A stretch of 63,581 bases of DNA, the filler included, from Guillardia theta CCMP2712 (lineage: Eukaryota; Protista; Cryptophyta), in NCBI RefSeq assembly GCF_000315625.1. It is 8 parts of 8 records of this genome, joined end to end, with 100 filler letters (N's around TTAATTAATTAA, not from the genome) between each part and the next. Parts side by side here need not be neighbours in the genome. Positions count along the whole stretch, not along the records: positions 28,401 to 45,569 come from NW_005434367.1; positions 45,670 to 50,037 come from NW_005434358.1; 6 more parts are not named here. One strand, given 5' to 3'. Shown here piece after piece: positions 35,620 through 47,199 of the stretch (position 1 is the stretch's first letter; every line of letters starts with the position of its first letter). The notes under the pieces were generated by a model. It did not search any database and was not told where the DNA came from. It saw nothing but the letters and a program-made list of their open reading frames with translations. The position numbers were made by a program, and so were the translations under genes.

Positions 35620-37518
35620 ATGTCTGCTTATCCCAACAAAACAATGCATTGGCAGAAAACAGACGAGGAACGATCTGCGCAGTTGGAGGTCAATCGAAGA
35701 AGAAAACGGGAGAGGAGGGCCCGCGAAACAGAGGAAGAACGATCTGCGCGGTTAGCAAGCCAACGAAGGAGACAATCGGAGAGGAGGGCCCGCGAAACAG
35801 AGGAAGAACGATCTGCGCGGTTAGCAAGCCAACGAAGGAGACAATCGGAGAGGAGGGCCCGCGAAACAGAGGAAGAACGATGTGCGCGGTTAGCAAGCCA
35901 ACGAAGGAGACAATCGGAGAGGAGGCAGAGGGCCCGCGAAACAGAGGAAGAACGATCGGCAAGTATGGAAACTCTGCGAAACCGCAAGCGCAGAAGTCGG
36001 AGTGCTGTTTACAATGTGTATCAAGAGGCTGCACACAAGAAAATTTCAATACGAGAAGAGCTGATGATCTACCCAGTGGACATGCGGTTTCTCAATGAAG
36101 TAGAAAAGCAGTTTGATTTAACAAGAATGGTTGGCTCGGGGACTTTCGGGGAGGTCTATGAGGCCTACGACAGGTTAAATGATCGTCGAGTAGCAATCAA
36201 ACGATTATTACCATTTCAAACCATGGATGCGCATAAGAAGGAAGCAAACTTTATATCAAGCTTGCATGGAAAATCCAACATTGTACAGCGTGTGCAAAGT
36301 CCGCCACTGGCGCCTAATGGGATAATCCTTGTCGAGGAGCAGCAGGCTTTGATTTTTGAATACTTCGAACATGACAGTCCCTCAGATTACGTCAAAGATT
36401 TGACCATCAAAGAGATTACCCACTACATGAAGAATTTGTTTGTAGCATTGAGGTCTGTACATGCCCTCGGGATCATACATCGAGACGTGAAATTGAATAA
36501 CTTCCTCTACGACAGAAGGAACAAGAAGTACTTGCTTGTGGACTTTGGGCTGGCAGAGAAGAAAATGCAGAAGACTGCTCTGGGAATTTCCACAGGACAA
36601 ACGCCTTCACCAGGCCGCAGAACAACGTCAGGGTCAATGAGCAAGTATTTCCCTGCCACGAAGAGCAACGGCTACATCTTGCCCTCTGAGAACCTGGCGC
36701 AGCAGATTGCAAAGAGGCGAAGGTTGGGCGTCAGAAGGACGAACGCATCGGAGACCGTGAGGAACTCAGGGGTCAAACTGAAACGGCTTCCAGTCAACCG
36801 CGGGGGAACCCGGGGCTACCGCGCGCCCGAAGTGCTCATGGGCAGCCACCACCAGACGAAAGCAGTGGACGTCTGGAGCGCTGGGGTGATACTGCTTACC
36901 CTGCTGTGCCGGCAGACACACTGCTTCCAGTGGTTCCGGCATGACAATGACAACTTGGCGGTCATGGAGATCTACGGGTACGCCCGTTGTGTAAGCCTTG
37001 AAGTAAGTGCGCTGGTCTGACTGTATGGTCTGAACAGCTTGCGCATGTACATCAAGAGCATGGACGCTGAGTTCCAGCACAACTATGGGTATACGGGTCA
37101 GTACAGGGATAAGATCAGAGATGTCATCGAAGATTTCAAGCTCGACGTTGAAGTAAAATTGTTGTCGTTGTTGCTGCTGTTGTTGTATCATGAGGATGAG
37201 GATGAGGATGAGGATGAGGATGAAGATGAGGATGAGGGTGATATGGTGGCGGGACTCTTAAGCTGGGGATGCTAACTTCATGTCATTCAGTTCGGACCAT
37301 TGGAACAGTATCTCAGCTATGCCCGCGGTTTGGAGCAAACATGGCGGACCTTATCAAGCGCCCTGAGCGAGGATGCGGGATGCAAGGGCTGGCTGGAGGT
37401 GGAGGAGAAACATGCGATCTGGGACTTCCTCAACCGCTGCCTCGACATCGATCCCCGCACGAGGATGACTGCAGAGGAGGCTCTGAAGCATCCCTTCCTC
37501 GCTAGTGGTCTTGAGTAA
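35620..37518 (+). CDS. CDC7-like Ser/Thr kinase with N-terminal 23-aa STPR-like repeats (introns 36978-37037, 37153-37290)
   Basis: GSGTFGEVY, VAIKRL, HRDVKLNNFLYDRRNKKYLLVDFGLAE, long insert, NRGGTRGYRAPEVL..HQTKAVDVWSAGVILL, RMTAEEALKHPF, all characteristic of CDC7. Confidence 0.8.
35656..35960 (+). repeat. 69-bp coding tandem repeat (ETEEERSARLASQRRRQSERRAR), about 4.5 copies
   Basis: Directly visible; unit is 23 aa. Confidence 0.9.
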
Positions 37519-38590
37519 ACCGTCTCTCCTCTGGCATCTCCCAGTCTCTCGCGATCAGCATATCATCGCAGTGACCTCCCAGGCTTCTCTTTCCCTTCCA
37601 ACCCCTACTCTCCCATCTCCTTCCCACCTCCCCTGTCCCCTCCTCTCTCCTCCCTCAGCCTCACAAACTCCAATGACATGTTATAATCGCCATCCCACTG
37701 GCTGTTGAGAGCATTTCACAAGACTCAAACTGTTGTGGAATGCATTGGGAGAAGCCTCAAAAAATGCAATCATGGCAAAGCACCAGCAAGTCTCTTGAAA
37801 TATGTTTCATATACAACCGACGAAGCATTCTGGTACAGGAAGCTAGGCCGTCATCGCAATAAGGAGAATAGCATTTCCTTCATGTCTTCGAAGGTTGCCT
37901 CTCTGATCGATTCCTTTCATGTTTCCCTTCTGAAAGTGTGAAAACAGCTGATCAGGGCTTTGGCACATCAGAATTGAGGTGTTTCAGTGCAAGTATGACA
38001 AGGAAAGTCACACAATTATTGGATAGCGTGAGCATGCAAATTTGAATGCATACCTTACACTATTACAAGTCAATGCACAGTTACAACTATGCTCACAATG
38101 CTTCAAAGCATATTTGCATTTACACGCAACTCAACGAACTGAGATTCAAATATTTCCTTTCCACAAAATTCTTATTGCAACATGATATGCATCATCCTCA
38201 AAACACTCTGCTTAAAGGAAATGCAGTCGTTTTCCCACATGATACATTCAAATCTGGTCAAATTTGGCATCAAAAGATGTTCTTGTCATCACATTGATGT
38301 ATGTATCTCACAACATGGTGCCCACAGGGCGCGATCTGCTTGAACGTGAGTCTCCGAAACTGACATAGTGTTCAACATTGGTACATTCGGTACAACGTTT
38401 AAAAATTCCAGAAATGGCACGGTGCTGGCAGGATCCCACAATTTGAAATGGCGTGGTTTGACAGAAGTAAAACATTTCAAGGAAAATTTTCACTTTGAAA
38501 TCCAAAACCTATTCATTAAGAAAAATCCAGGTAGAAAAAGACCCCGCCGAGACGGAATAAAATCCAGTTGAGAACCCAATGGAATGGGGC

Positions 38591-38817
38591 CTGACCGGTC
38601 ACGGCCGCCCGGAGAGATCAGGCCCCCGGCCAATCTCCGGACACTTAGCCTCCTGGCGGGCCTCCAGGGGGTCTGAGGCGGGGCTGAAGGCTGCAGTCGG
38701 TCTACTGACGGGCCCGGCCGGCAGGATCCGTCGAGAAACAGGGGGGTCAACTTCAAGGGAGGTTTTCTTCCCCCTGGGAGAAATGTCCTATGGGTTTTTG
38801 GATCTGCGATATAAAAC
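38591..38817 (-). repeat. Inverted partial satellite unit
   Basis: Reverse complement of the 332-bp unit, abutting the right TIR of element 1. Confidence 0.9.
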
Positions 38818-41586
38818 TGTTTCTCGACGATCCTGCCGGCCGGGCCCGTCAGTAGACCGACTGCAGCCTTCAGCCCTGCCTCAGACCCCAGGAGATTGGC
38901 CGGGGGCCTGATCTCTCCGGGCGGCCGTGACCGGTCAGCGGACCGTGTCAGCAGGCCCGTGACATGTCAGCCGGCTGACAGGGGCCGTGACCCGGCTGAC
39001 AGGCTCACCTGACCGGTCACGTGACACATCACGTGACCGAGACAAGACTTTTTTATATCGCAGATCCAAAAACCCATAGGACATTTCTCCCAGGGGGAAG
39101 AAAACCTCCCTTGACCCCCCTGTTTCTCGACGGATCCTGCCGGCCGGGCCCGTCAGTAGACCGACTGCAGCCTTCAGCCCCGCCTCAGACCCCCTGGAGG
39201 CCCGCCAGGAGGCTAAGTGTCCGGAGATTGGCCGGGGGCCTGATCTCTCCGGGCGGCCGTGACCGGTCAGCGGACCGTGTCAGCAGGCCCGTGACATGTC
39301 AGCCGGCTGACAGGGGCCGTGACCCGGCTGACAGGCTCACCTGACCGGTCACGTGACACATCACGTGACCGAGACAAGACTTTTTTATATCGCAGATCCA
39401 AAAACCCATAGGACATTTCTCCCAGGGGGAAGAAAACCTCCCTTGACCCCCCTGTTTCTCGACGGATCCTGCCGGCCGGGCCCGTCAGTAGACCGACTGC
39501 AGCCTTCAGCCCCGCCTCAGACCCCCTGGAGGCCCGCCAGGAGGCTAAGTGTCCGGAGATTGGCCGGGGGCCTGATCTCTCCGGGCGGCCGTGACCGGTC
39601 AGCGGACCGTGTCAGCAGGCCCGTGACATGTCAGCCGGCTGACAGGGGCCGTGACCCGGCTGACAGGCTCACCTGACCGGTCACGTGACACATCACGTGA
39701 CCGAGACAAGACTTTTTTATATCGCAGATCCAAAAACCCATAGGACATTTCTCCCAGGGGGAAGAAAACCTCCCTTGACCCCCCTGTTTCTCGACGGATC
39801 CTGCCGGCCGGGCCCGTCAGTAGACCGACTGCAGCCTTCAGCCCCGCCTCAGACCCCCTGGAGGCCCGCCAGGAGGCTAAGTGTCCGGAGATTGGCCGGG
39901 GGCCTGATCTCTCCGGGCGGCCGTGACCGGTCAGCGGACCGTGTCAGCAGGCCCGTGACATGTCAGCCGGCTGACAGGGGCCGTGACCCGGCTGACAGGC
40001 TCACCTGACCGGTCACGTGACACATCACGTGACCGAGACAAGACTTTTTTATATCGCAGATCCAAAAACCCATAGGACATTTCTCCCAGGGGGAAGAAAA
40101 CCTCCCTTGACCCCCCTGTTTCTCGACGGATCCTGCCGGCCGGGCCGGTCAGTAGACCGACTGCAGCCTTCAGCCCCGCCTCAGACCCCCTGGAGGCCCG
40201 CCAGGAGGCTAAGTGTCCGGAGATTGGCCGGGGGCCTGATCTCTCCGGGCGGCCGTGACCGGTCAGCGGACCGTGTCAGCAGGCCCGTGACATGTCAGCC
40301 GGCTGACAGGGGCCGTGACCCGGCTGACAGGCTCACCTGACCGGTCACGTGACACATCACGTGACCGAGACAAGACTTTTTTATATCGCAGATCCAAAAA
40401 CCCATAGGACATTTCTCCCAGGGGGAAGAAAACCTCCCTTGACCCCCCTGTTTCTCGACGGATCCTGCCGGCCGGGCCCGTCAGTAGACCGACTGCAGCC
40501 TTCAGCCCCGCCTCAGACCCCCTGGAGGCCCGCCAGGAGGCTAAGTGTCCGGAGATTGCCCGGGGGCCTGATCTCTCCGGGCGGCCGTGACCGGTCAGCG
40601 GACCGTGTCAGCAGGCCCGTGACATGTCAGCCGGCTGACAGGGGCCGTGACCCGGCTGACAGGCTCACCTGACCGGTCACGTGACACATCACGTGACCGA
40701 GACAAGACTTTTTTATATCGCAGATCCAAAAACCATAGGACATTTCTCCCAGGGGGAAGAAAACCTCCCTTGACCCCCCTGTTTCTCGACGGATCCTGCC
40801 GGCCGGGCCCGTCAGTAGACCGACTGCAGCCTTCAGCCCCGCCTCAGACCCCCTGGAGGCCCGCCAGGAGGCTAAGTGTCCGGAGATTGGCCGGGGGCCT
40901 GATCTCTCCGGGCGGCCGTGACCGGTCAGCGGACCGTGTCAGCAGGCCCGTGACATGTCAGCCGGCTGACAGGGGCCGTGACCCGGCTGACAGGCTCAGC
41001 TGACCGGTCACGTGACACATCACGTGACCGAGACAAGACTTTTTTATATCGCAGATCCAAAAACCCATAGGACATTTCTCCCAGGGGGAAGAAAACCTCC
41101 CTTGACCCCCCTGTTTCTCGACGGATCCTGCCGGCCGGGCCCGTCAGTAGACCGACTGCAGCCTTCAGCCCCGCCTCAGACCCCCTGGAGGCCCGCCAGG
41201 AGGCTAAGTGTCCGGAGATTGGCCGGGGGCCCGATCTCTCCGGGCGGCCGTGACCGGTCAGCGGACCGTGTCAGCAGGCCCGTGACATGTCAGCCGGCTG
41301 ACAGGGGCCGTGACCCGGCTGACAGGCTCACCTGACCGGTCACGTGACACATCACGTGACCGAGACAAGACTTTTTTATATCGCAGATCCAAAAACCCAT
41401 AGGACATTTCTCCCAGGGGGAAGAAAACCTCCCTTGACCCCCCTGTTTCTCGACGGATCCTGCCGGCCGGGCCCGTCAGTAGACCGACTGCAGCCTTCAG
41501 CCCCGCCTCAGACCCCCTGGAGGCCCGCCAGGAGGCTAAGTGTCCGGAGATTGGCCGGGGGCCCGATCTCTCCGGGCGGCCGTGAC
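38818..41586 (+). repeat. 332-bp tandem satellite, about 8 near-identical units
   Basis: Same sequence recurs at 39021, 39353, 39685, 40017, 40349, 40681, 41012, 41344. Confidence 0.97.
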
Positions 41587-41925
41587 CATGCCGTTCACAA
41601 GGTCATATGCAGGCTCTAGCAAAATTGGTCTTTTTTTTTCTCCTTGGGAAGGGGTTCATATATACACTTCCATTCAGCTACCCCGGTTTTTTCTCTCGAA
41701 ATTCAAACCAAATTCAAAACCGTGATTAAAAGTGATTTTTGGAAGTTTAGCTTATCGTTTCTTGGGTACCTTCTAAAATGTTTTAANNNNNNNNNNNNNN
41801 NNNNNNNNNNNNNNNNNNNNNNNNNNNNNNNNNNNNNNNNNNNNNNNNNNNNNNNNNNNNNNNNNNNNNNNNNNNNNNNNNNNNNNTTGAAACGTAAGGG
41901 TTCAATCAGGGGCCTCAGACCCCCT

Positions 41926-44543
41926 CATTCCATGGCATTTTCTAATGCTCGCTTTTGATCATTTTCGAGCGGGGTACTTCAGCCCAGGATTTTTGAATGG
42001 TCGGCGCACTGAAAATTTGTACCAGAAACTTCGATAATGGTTGAAAGTATGTTTGAATCGGGGACCGTGTCGAGCAGTTTTAGGTTTACAAGTATTCTTG
42101 CTTCCTCCAAACAACAAGGTTTCAAACATTAAAACTATTTTTGACCTTACACGCTTTTACACGCCTGGGGGGTGCATATACAACCAAATTGCCTGCCCTC
42201 CCCCTTCCCCCATTGCTGCATCCGCACCCGCCGGCGCAGGCGGCGTTTGTTTGAATCCCAGATGGCTCTCAGCCAATGGCTCTTTCATCGTATTCAAGCT
42301 CCAGGCCATCCAAGGTTGGATCATGTGTGAATGTTTGTACTTTTTGCGGCATACTGCAAGACGACGTTTCAAACAGCTCGAGCTTGTTTTTCAAAGGAAG
42401 CTGTAGGAATCAGCATCGCCATGGATTCCAGAGCCTAGGGCTGTTTTCGAATCCATTTGATGCTCATTGCAAGATGGAGAATTGCTCGTTTTTGGTGATC
42501 AAGCATCCACAACCCTCTTTCGTATGATTGAGCTTCGAGCACATCTCTGACTGTAGAGTTGTTTGGTGTCAAGATTGTTTCTCGTAAAGGATCTCTCTGA
42601 TTAGGCAATTGATTGTTGTTTTGATTGGCATTCTACAAGACCCATACTTCCTCCTCTCTGTGTCAACCAAGCACATAAGCATAAGGCATGTCAGTCGTGT
42701 AGGCAACTTGATTGCAAATAGATCGCAAGTGTAAGATCGATGAACTATTCAACGCCATGAATGCCGGATGTGAATGAACTTCCCTCAGGACTTCTCAGTA
42801 TCGGAACCAGCGAGCTAAGACATAAGGTAGAGTCTCCATTGAATATCATTCCTGCGAATGTAATGTTTTTATCAGTTGTGGGGAAGAGAAGCATGGAGAC
42901 AAGCGGGTGCCCAAGCGAATAAGAACATCTTGCGGATGTAGGTTTGGACAAAGACGGCGCCGATTCCGAGGTTGTGAAACAGGCAGCGAAAAGATGCTGA
43001 GGTTTTCGGAGTTCATAAACATGGCTTGTGACGAGCATGTCACACGTAAAGCGATGGAAAACAACAAACAAAAATTGTAAAGCAATCGAAAGCAACGAAA
43101 ATCAATGGAAAACAACAAACAAAAATTCTTCTCAAAGGTCTCACTCCTTGACATCAACCACTGATCGAACATCTTTTTGACCTCGGTCATATCTCGACAA
43201 ATCCGATTGTACTCCGCCGCTGAACAGAAAGTTGTTTGCGCCATCTTTTCAACGAGTGGTGCCGGGTTTGCAATCGAGAAGTGAGAGATTTTACAGTATT
43301 TATTATTTTCGATGTCGTCTTCATGAAAAAATATATACCCATGCACTCTGAAATTATCGTGGAGATCATCGTTGGCATGCTCCAACATGCAAGGAAAGCT
43401 GAAGAAACACATTTTTGGTATAGCATTTATTTCATCCGTATCCTTGTAAATTGCTTGATAACAATCACGGTTTCCAACTTTGTTCAAAATTCTTTTCAGG
43501 GCCACACAGGGCACTCGATTAGTTATAATGGTTTCGTCTACATGTTCCAAGAGGACTCCATTGTACATGATGTACACTTCGACAACCTGTGCATCTGAGT
43601 GCAGCGATTTGATCATGCCCAGTCGATTCACTTCAACGCCCCTGTGATCTTCACACTGATATTGAACCCCTGTGCCAGGCTCAAGCATAATATTCAAATT
43701 ACTGCCTGGCTTTTTCCAGTACATCCTGGGCAAGTCTCGATCATCAACTGACGTATGCAGGATCATTCGAAGCTTCAAATCTTCAGGTGTCTTTGACTCA
43801 TCACAAGTCTCTTCCTGCTCCAAGAATGTATCGAAATCTTCCTGCCTTCGCCTTCTCTGAATTCCATTTGTTGCTGATACACGACGGTGAAGATTCATTT
43901 GTTTGGTGTCTATAACTGGAGCGCAAGGGAAAGGGAAGCAACGGGGAGGGAGGGGAGCAGGGGGGAGGGAGGGAGCAGGGAGGAAGGGAGGGGAGCAGAG
44001 AGGGAGGGAGGGAGGGAGAAGAGCAGGAAGGAGGAGGGGAGGGATACTTGCAATGGGGATCTCAGGATTTTAATGAAAATTATTTGCTCTTTGATCGGGG
44101 GCAAGGGGACCTGTGTTTCGGTGGCACCCTATAGACATGGGGTAGGTATCTATATAAAACAACCGGTGTAGAAAAAAAAGATTGCCGTTGCTAGCTGGCA
44201 TACGACTCCTTAATTTGAAAACAAAAATACTTATTGGCTAGATTTACTACACTCGTCAATGGCTGACACTAATAAGATTTCATGAGCGTGTATCGAAATA
44301 TACGAATAACCCTACCCCCTCCATATCAGACAAACATACCGGTACACAGGGAAGAGAGCAGCCAAGAGGCGTGTAAGCCGGAACTCAAATGCTTAAAACA
44401 AATATAAAACAGTACTGAGTGGTACAAATCATTCTGGTACAAAATTGACTAAAAACTGTATGCTTATGATCAAATTAACAGGTACAAGTGTTTGTTAAAA
44501 GGATATTAATTTATAATTGGGCATTAGTAAATGCCATGGAATG
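41926..44543. mobile_element. 2.6-kb non-autonomous TIR element (element 2) carrying a partner-gene paralog
   Basis: CATTCCATGGCATTTTCTAATGCTC (41926-41950) vs reverse complement of 44519-44543, 23/25 identical; same CATTCCAT terminus as element 1; satellite sequence on both flanks. Confidence 0.8.
42745..43898 (-). CDS. Paralog of the element-1 partner protein; C-terminus probably frameshifted by a short internal duplication
   Basis: LEPGTGVQY..RLGMIKSL..VEVYIMY..CYQAIY..VHGYIFFHED..YCKISHF..QWLMSRSETFEK aligns with LTPGCGIRY..RYGIIKRL..VEIFMLY..CFQSVY..VVGYIFFNED..YCEISYF..LWLTARSRTFKK; NFCLLFSI is duplicated. Confidence 0.75.
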
Positions 44544-45569
44544 GGGGCCTGATCTCTCCGGGCGGCCGTGACCGGTCAGCGGACCGTGTCAGCAGGCCCG
44601 TGACATGTCAGCCGGCTGACAGGGGCCGTGACCCGGCTGACAGGCTCACCTGACCGGTCACGTGACACATCACGTGACCGAGACAAGACTTTTTTATATC
44701 GCAGATCCAAAAACCCATAGGACATTTCTCCCAGGGGGAAGAAAACCTCCCTTGACCCCCCTGTTTCTCGACGGATCCTGCCGGCCGGGCCCGTCAGTAG
44801 ACCGACTGCAGCCTTCAGCCCCGCCTCAGACCCCCTGGAGGCCCGCCAGGAGGCTAAGTGTCCGGAGATTGGCCGGGGGCCTGATCTCTCCGGGCGGCCG
44901 TGACCGGTCAGCGGACCGTGTCAGCAGGCCCGTGACATGTCAGCCGGCTGACAGGGGCCGTGACCCGGCTGACAGGCTCACCTGACCGGTCACGTGACAC
45001 ATCACGTGACCGAGACAAGACTTTTTTATATCGCAGATCCAAAAACCCATAGGACATTTCTCCCAGGGGGAAGAAAACCTCCCTTGACCCCCCTGTTTCT
45101 CGACGGATCCTGCCGGCCGGGCCCGTCAGTAGACCGACTGCAGCCTTCAGCCCCGCCTCAGACCCCCTGGAGGCCCGCCAGGAGGCTAAGTGTCCGGAGA
45201 TGGGCCCGATCTCTCCGGGCGGCCGTGACCGGTCAGCGGACCGTGTCAGCAGGCCCGTGACATGTCAGCCGGCTGACAGGGGCCGTGACCCGGCTGACAG
45301 GCTCACCTGACCGGTCACGTGACACATCACGTGACCGAGACAAGACTTTTTTATATCGCAGATCCAAAAACCCATAGGACAATTTCTCCAGGGGGAAAGA
45401 AACCTCCCTTCACCCCCCTGGTTTCTCGACGATCCTGCCGGCCGGGCCCGTCAGTAGACCGACTGCAGCCTTCAGCCCCGCCTCAGACCCCCTGGAGGCC
45501 CGCCAGGAGGCTAAGTGTCCGAGATTGGCCGGGGCCTGATCTCTCTGGCGCCGTGACCGGTCAGCGGAC
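44544..45569 (+). repeat. 332-bp satellite, about 3 units running into contig end
   Basis: Units at 44662, 44994, 45319. Confidence 0.95.
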
Positions 45570-46843
45570 NNNNNNNNNNNNNNNNNNNNNNNNNNNNNNN
45601 NNNNNNNNNNNNNTTAATTAATTAANNNNNNNNNNNNNNNNNNNNNNNNNNNNNNNNNNNNNNNNNNNNACGAGAGGAGAGGAGAGGAGAGGAGACGAGA
45701 GGAGAGGAGAGGAGAGGAGAGGAGAGGAGAGGAGAGGAGAGGAGACCAGAGGAGAGGAGAGGAGAGGAGAGGAGAGGAGAGGAGAGGAGAGGAGAGGAGG
45801 GAGTAACATGAGGTTGTTTTCTTCTCTCCACTTTGGACGCAACTTTGTTCGAGATATCACTGAGTGTAAGGCTCCAAACTGATGACAAGTCAGCACCTCA
45901 AACAAGACTGATATTCCTCCTGTTCCTGCTCCTGCTCTTCCTCTTCCCCTCCTCCCTCCTCCTCCTCCCCTCCCCCTTGCTCCTGCTCCTGCTCTTGCTC
46001 CTGCTCCTCCTCGTCCCTCACCTGCGAGGAGTACCCCCCCAAGCAGTACAACCTTCCCTTGAGCGCGACGCAGGAAGTGGCACTGCGAGGCCTGGCAGCA
46101 CTCAAGGTGAGGGAGAGGAGGGGAGGAGGGGAGGAGAGGAGCTGACCGGCTTTGCCCCTTGCCGTCGGCCATGTCGCCTTCCTGCTGGATATGAGCAGCC
46201 TCTCGCTCAATCTTCTCCTTGCGCTGCTTGATGCTCGTCTCCCCCGTCCACTTCATCACGCTTCCCACCTCTCCTGCCTGCACCCCCTCAGATCCCTCTC
46301 AGCTGTTCGACCTTCGCCTCTTACATGCGTCAACCCACCGCAGATCCAGAGCCTAGTCATCATCGTGTTGGAAAACCTGACGAGATGAGGTGAGGAGGAG
46401 AAAGGAGGGAAGGAGAGGGGAGGGGAGAGGAGGGGAGAGGAGGGGTGGAGAGGAGGGAAGGAGAGGGGAGGGGAGAGGAGGGGAGAGGAGGGGTGGAGAG
46501 GAGAGGAGAGGAGACGAGAGGAGAGGAGGAGAGGAGAGGAGGAGAGGAGAGGAGAGGAGAGGAGAGGAGAGGAGAGGGGAAGGGAGGGGAGAGATGGATT
46601 TGACTGAGAGAAGACAAGGAGAGGAGAGCCGGTGCTGGTGGTCTGACGTTTCTTTGTGCTCTTCTTGCATCGCCATATCTGAAGGGTTCAAGTCAGAAAT
46701 TTTCGATAGATTGAATTTTGATTATTAAAGTTAATTGAACGTTTCTGTCTTTGGTTGCTGGTTTTGCATCTCCTCTACTTCAGTTCTCCATTTCTTGTTG
46801 CTGACTGCTTCTTGCTTGTCCCTCATTTGCTGCTCCTTTCTTG

Positions 46844-46875
<32 letters not shown>

Positions 46876-47199
46876 CAACCTCCCTCTTTCTTCCTGTCCA
46901 GCCTCCATATCGTTTCATCTCCTATGAATTCGTCACGTCTCCAACTCCTCTTATCTCAAATCTTCCTTGGCTAGTATCTCCATGATATACTACAACTGAA
47001 CACGCAATCTTGTCTTGTCTTGTCTTGTCTTGTCTTGTCTTGTCTTGTCTTGTCTTGTCTTGTCTTGTCTTGTCTTGTCTTGTCTTGTCTTGTCCTTCGT
47101 CAGTCACTACCAGCATAGTTGGGGCGGTGTGGAGCAGAATAAAACTATTTGTACACAGTTACCATTGGATACTAAATTTTAGTCATCATAAAGTACTTA

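Larger units (their letters stand above)
28475..38586. mobile_element. ~10.1-kb TIR DNA transposon (element 1) with RAG1/Transib/Chapaev-like transposase and additional genes
   Basis: Left TIR CATTCCATTGGGTTCTCGACTGGATTT (28475-28501) vs reverse complement of 38560-38586, 26/27 identical; satellite sequence immediately outside both ends; internal 297-N gap. Confidence 0.8.

Noticed and set aside
28475-44543. Endogenous virus or Polinton/virophage interpretation of the AT-rich multi-gene region
   Set aside because: No recognisable capsid, packaging ATPase, polB or rve integrase motifs; short TIRs plus a DDE transposase explain it better.
38818-45569. Repeated 107-aa ORFs or a CRISPR-like array
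   Set aside because: Units are contiguous near-identical 332-bp repeats with no unique spacers; the ORFs use GTG starts and are broken by indels in some units.
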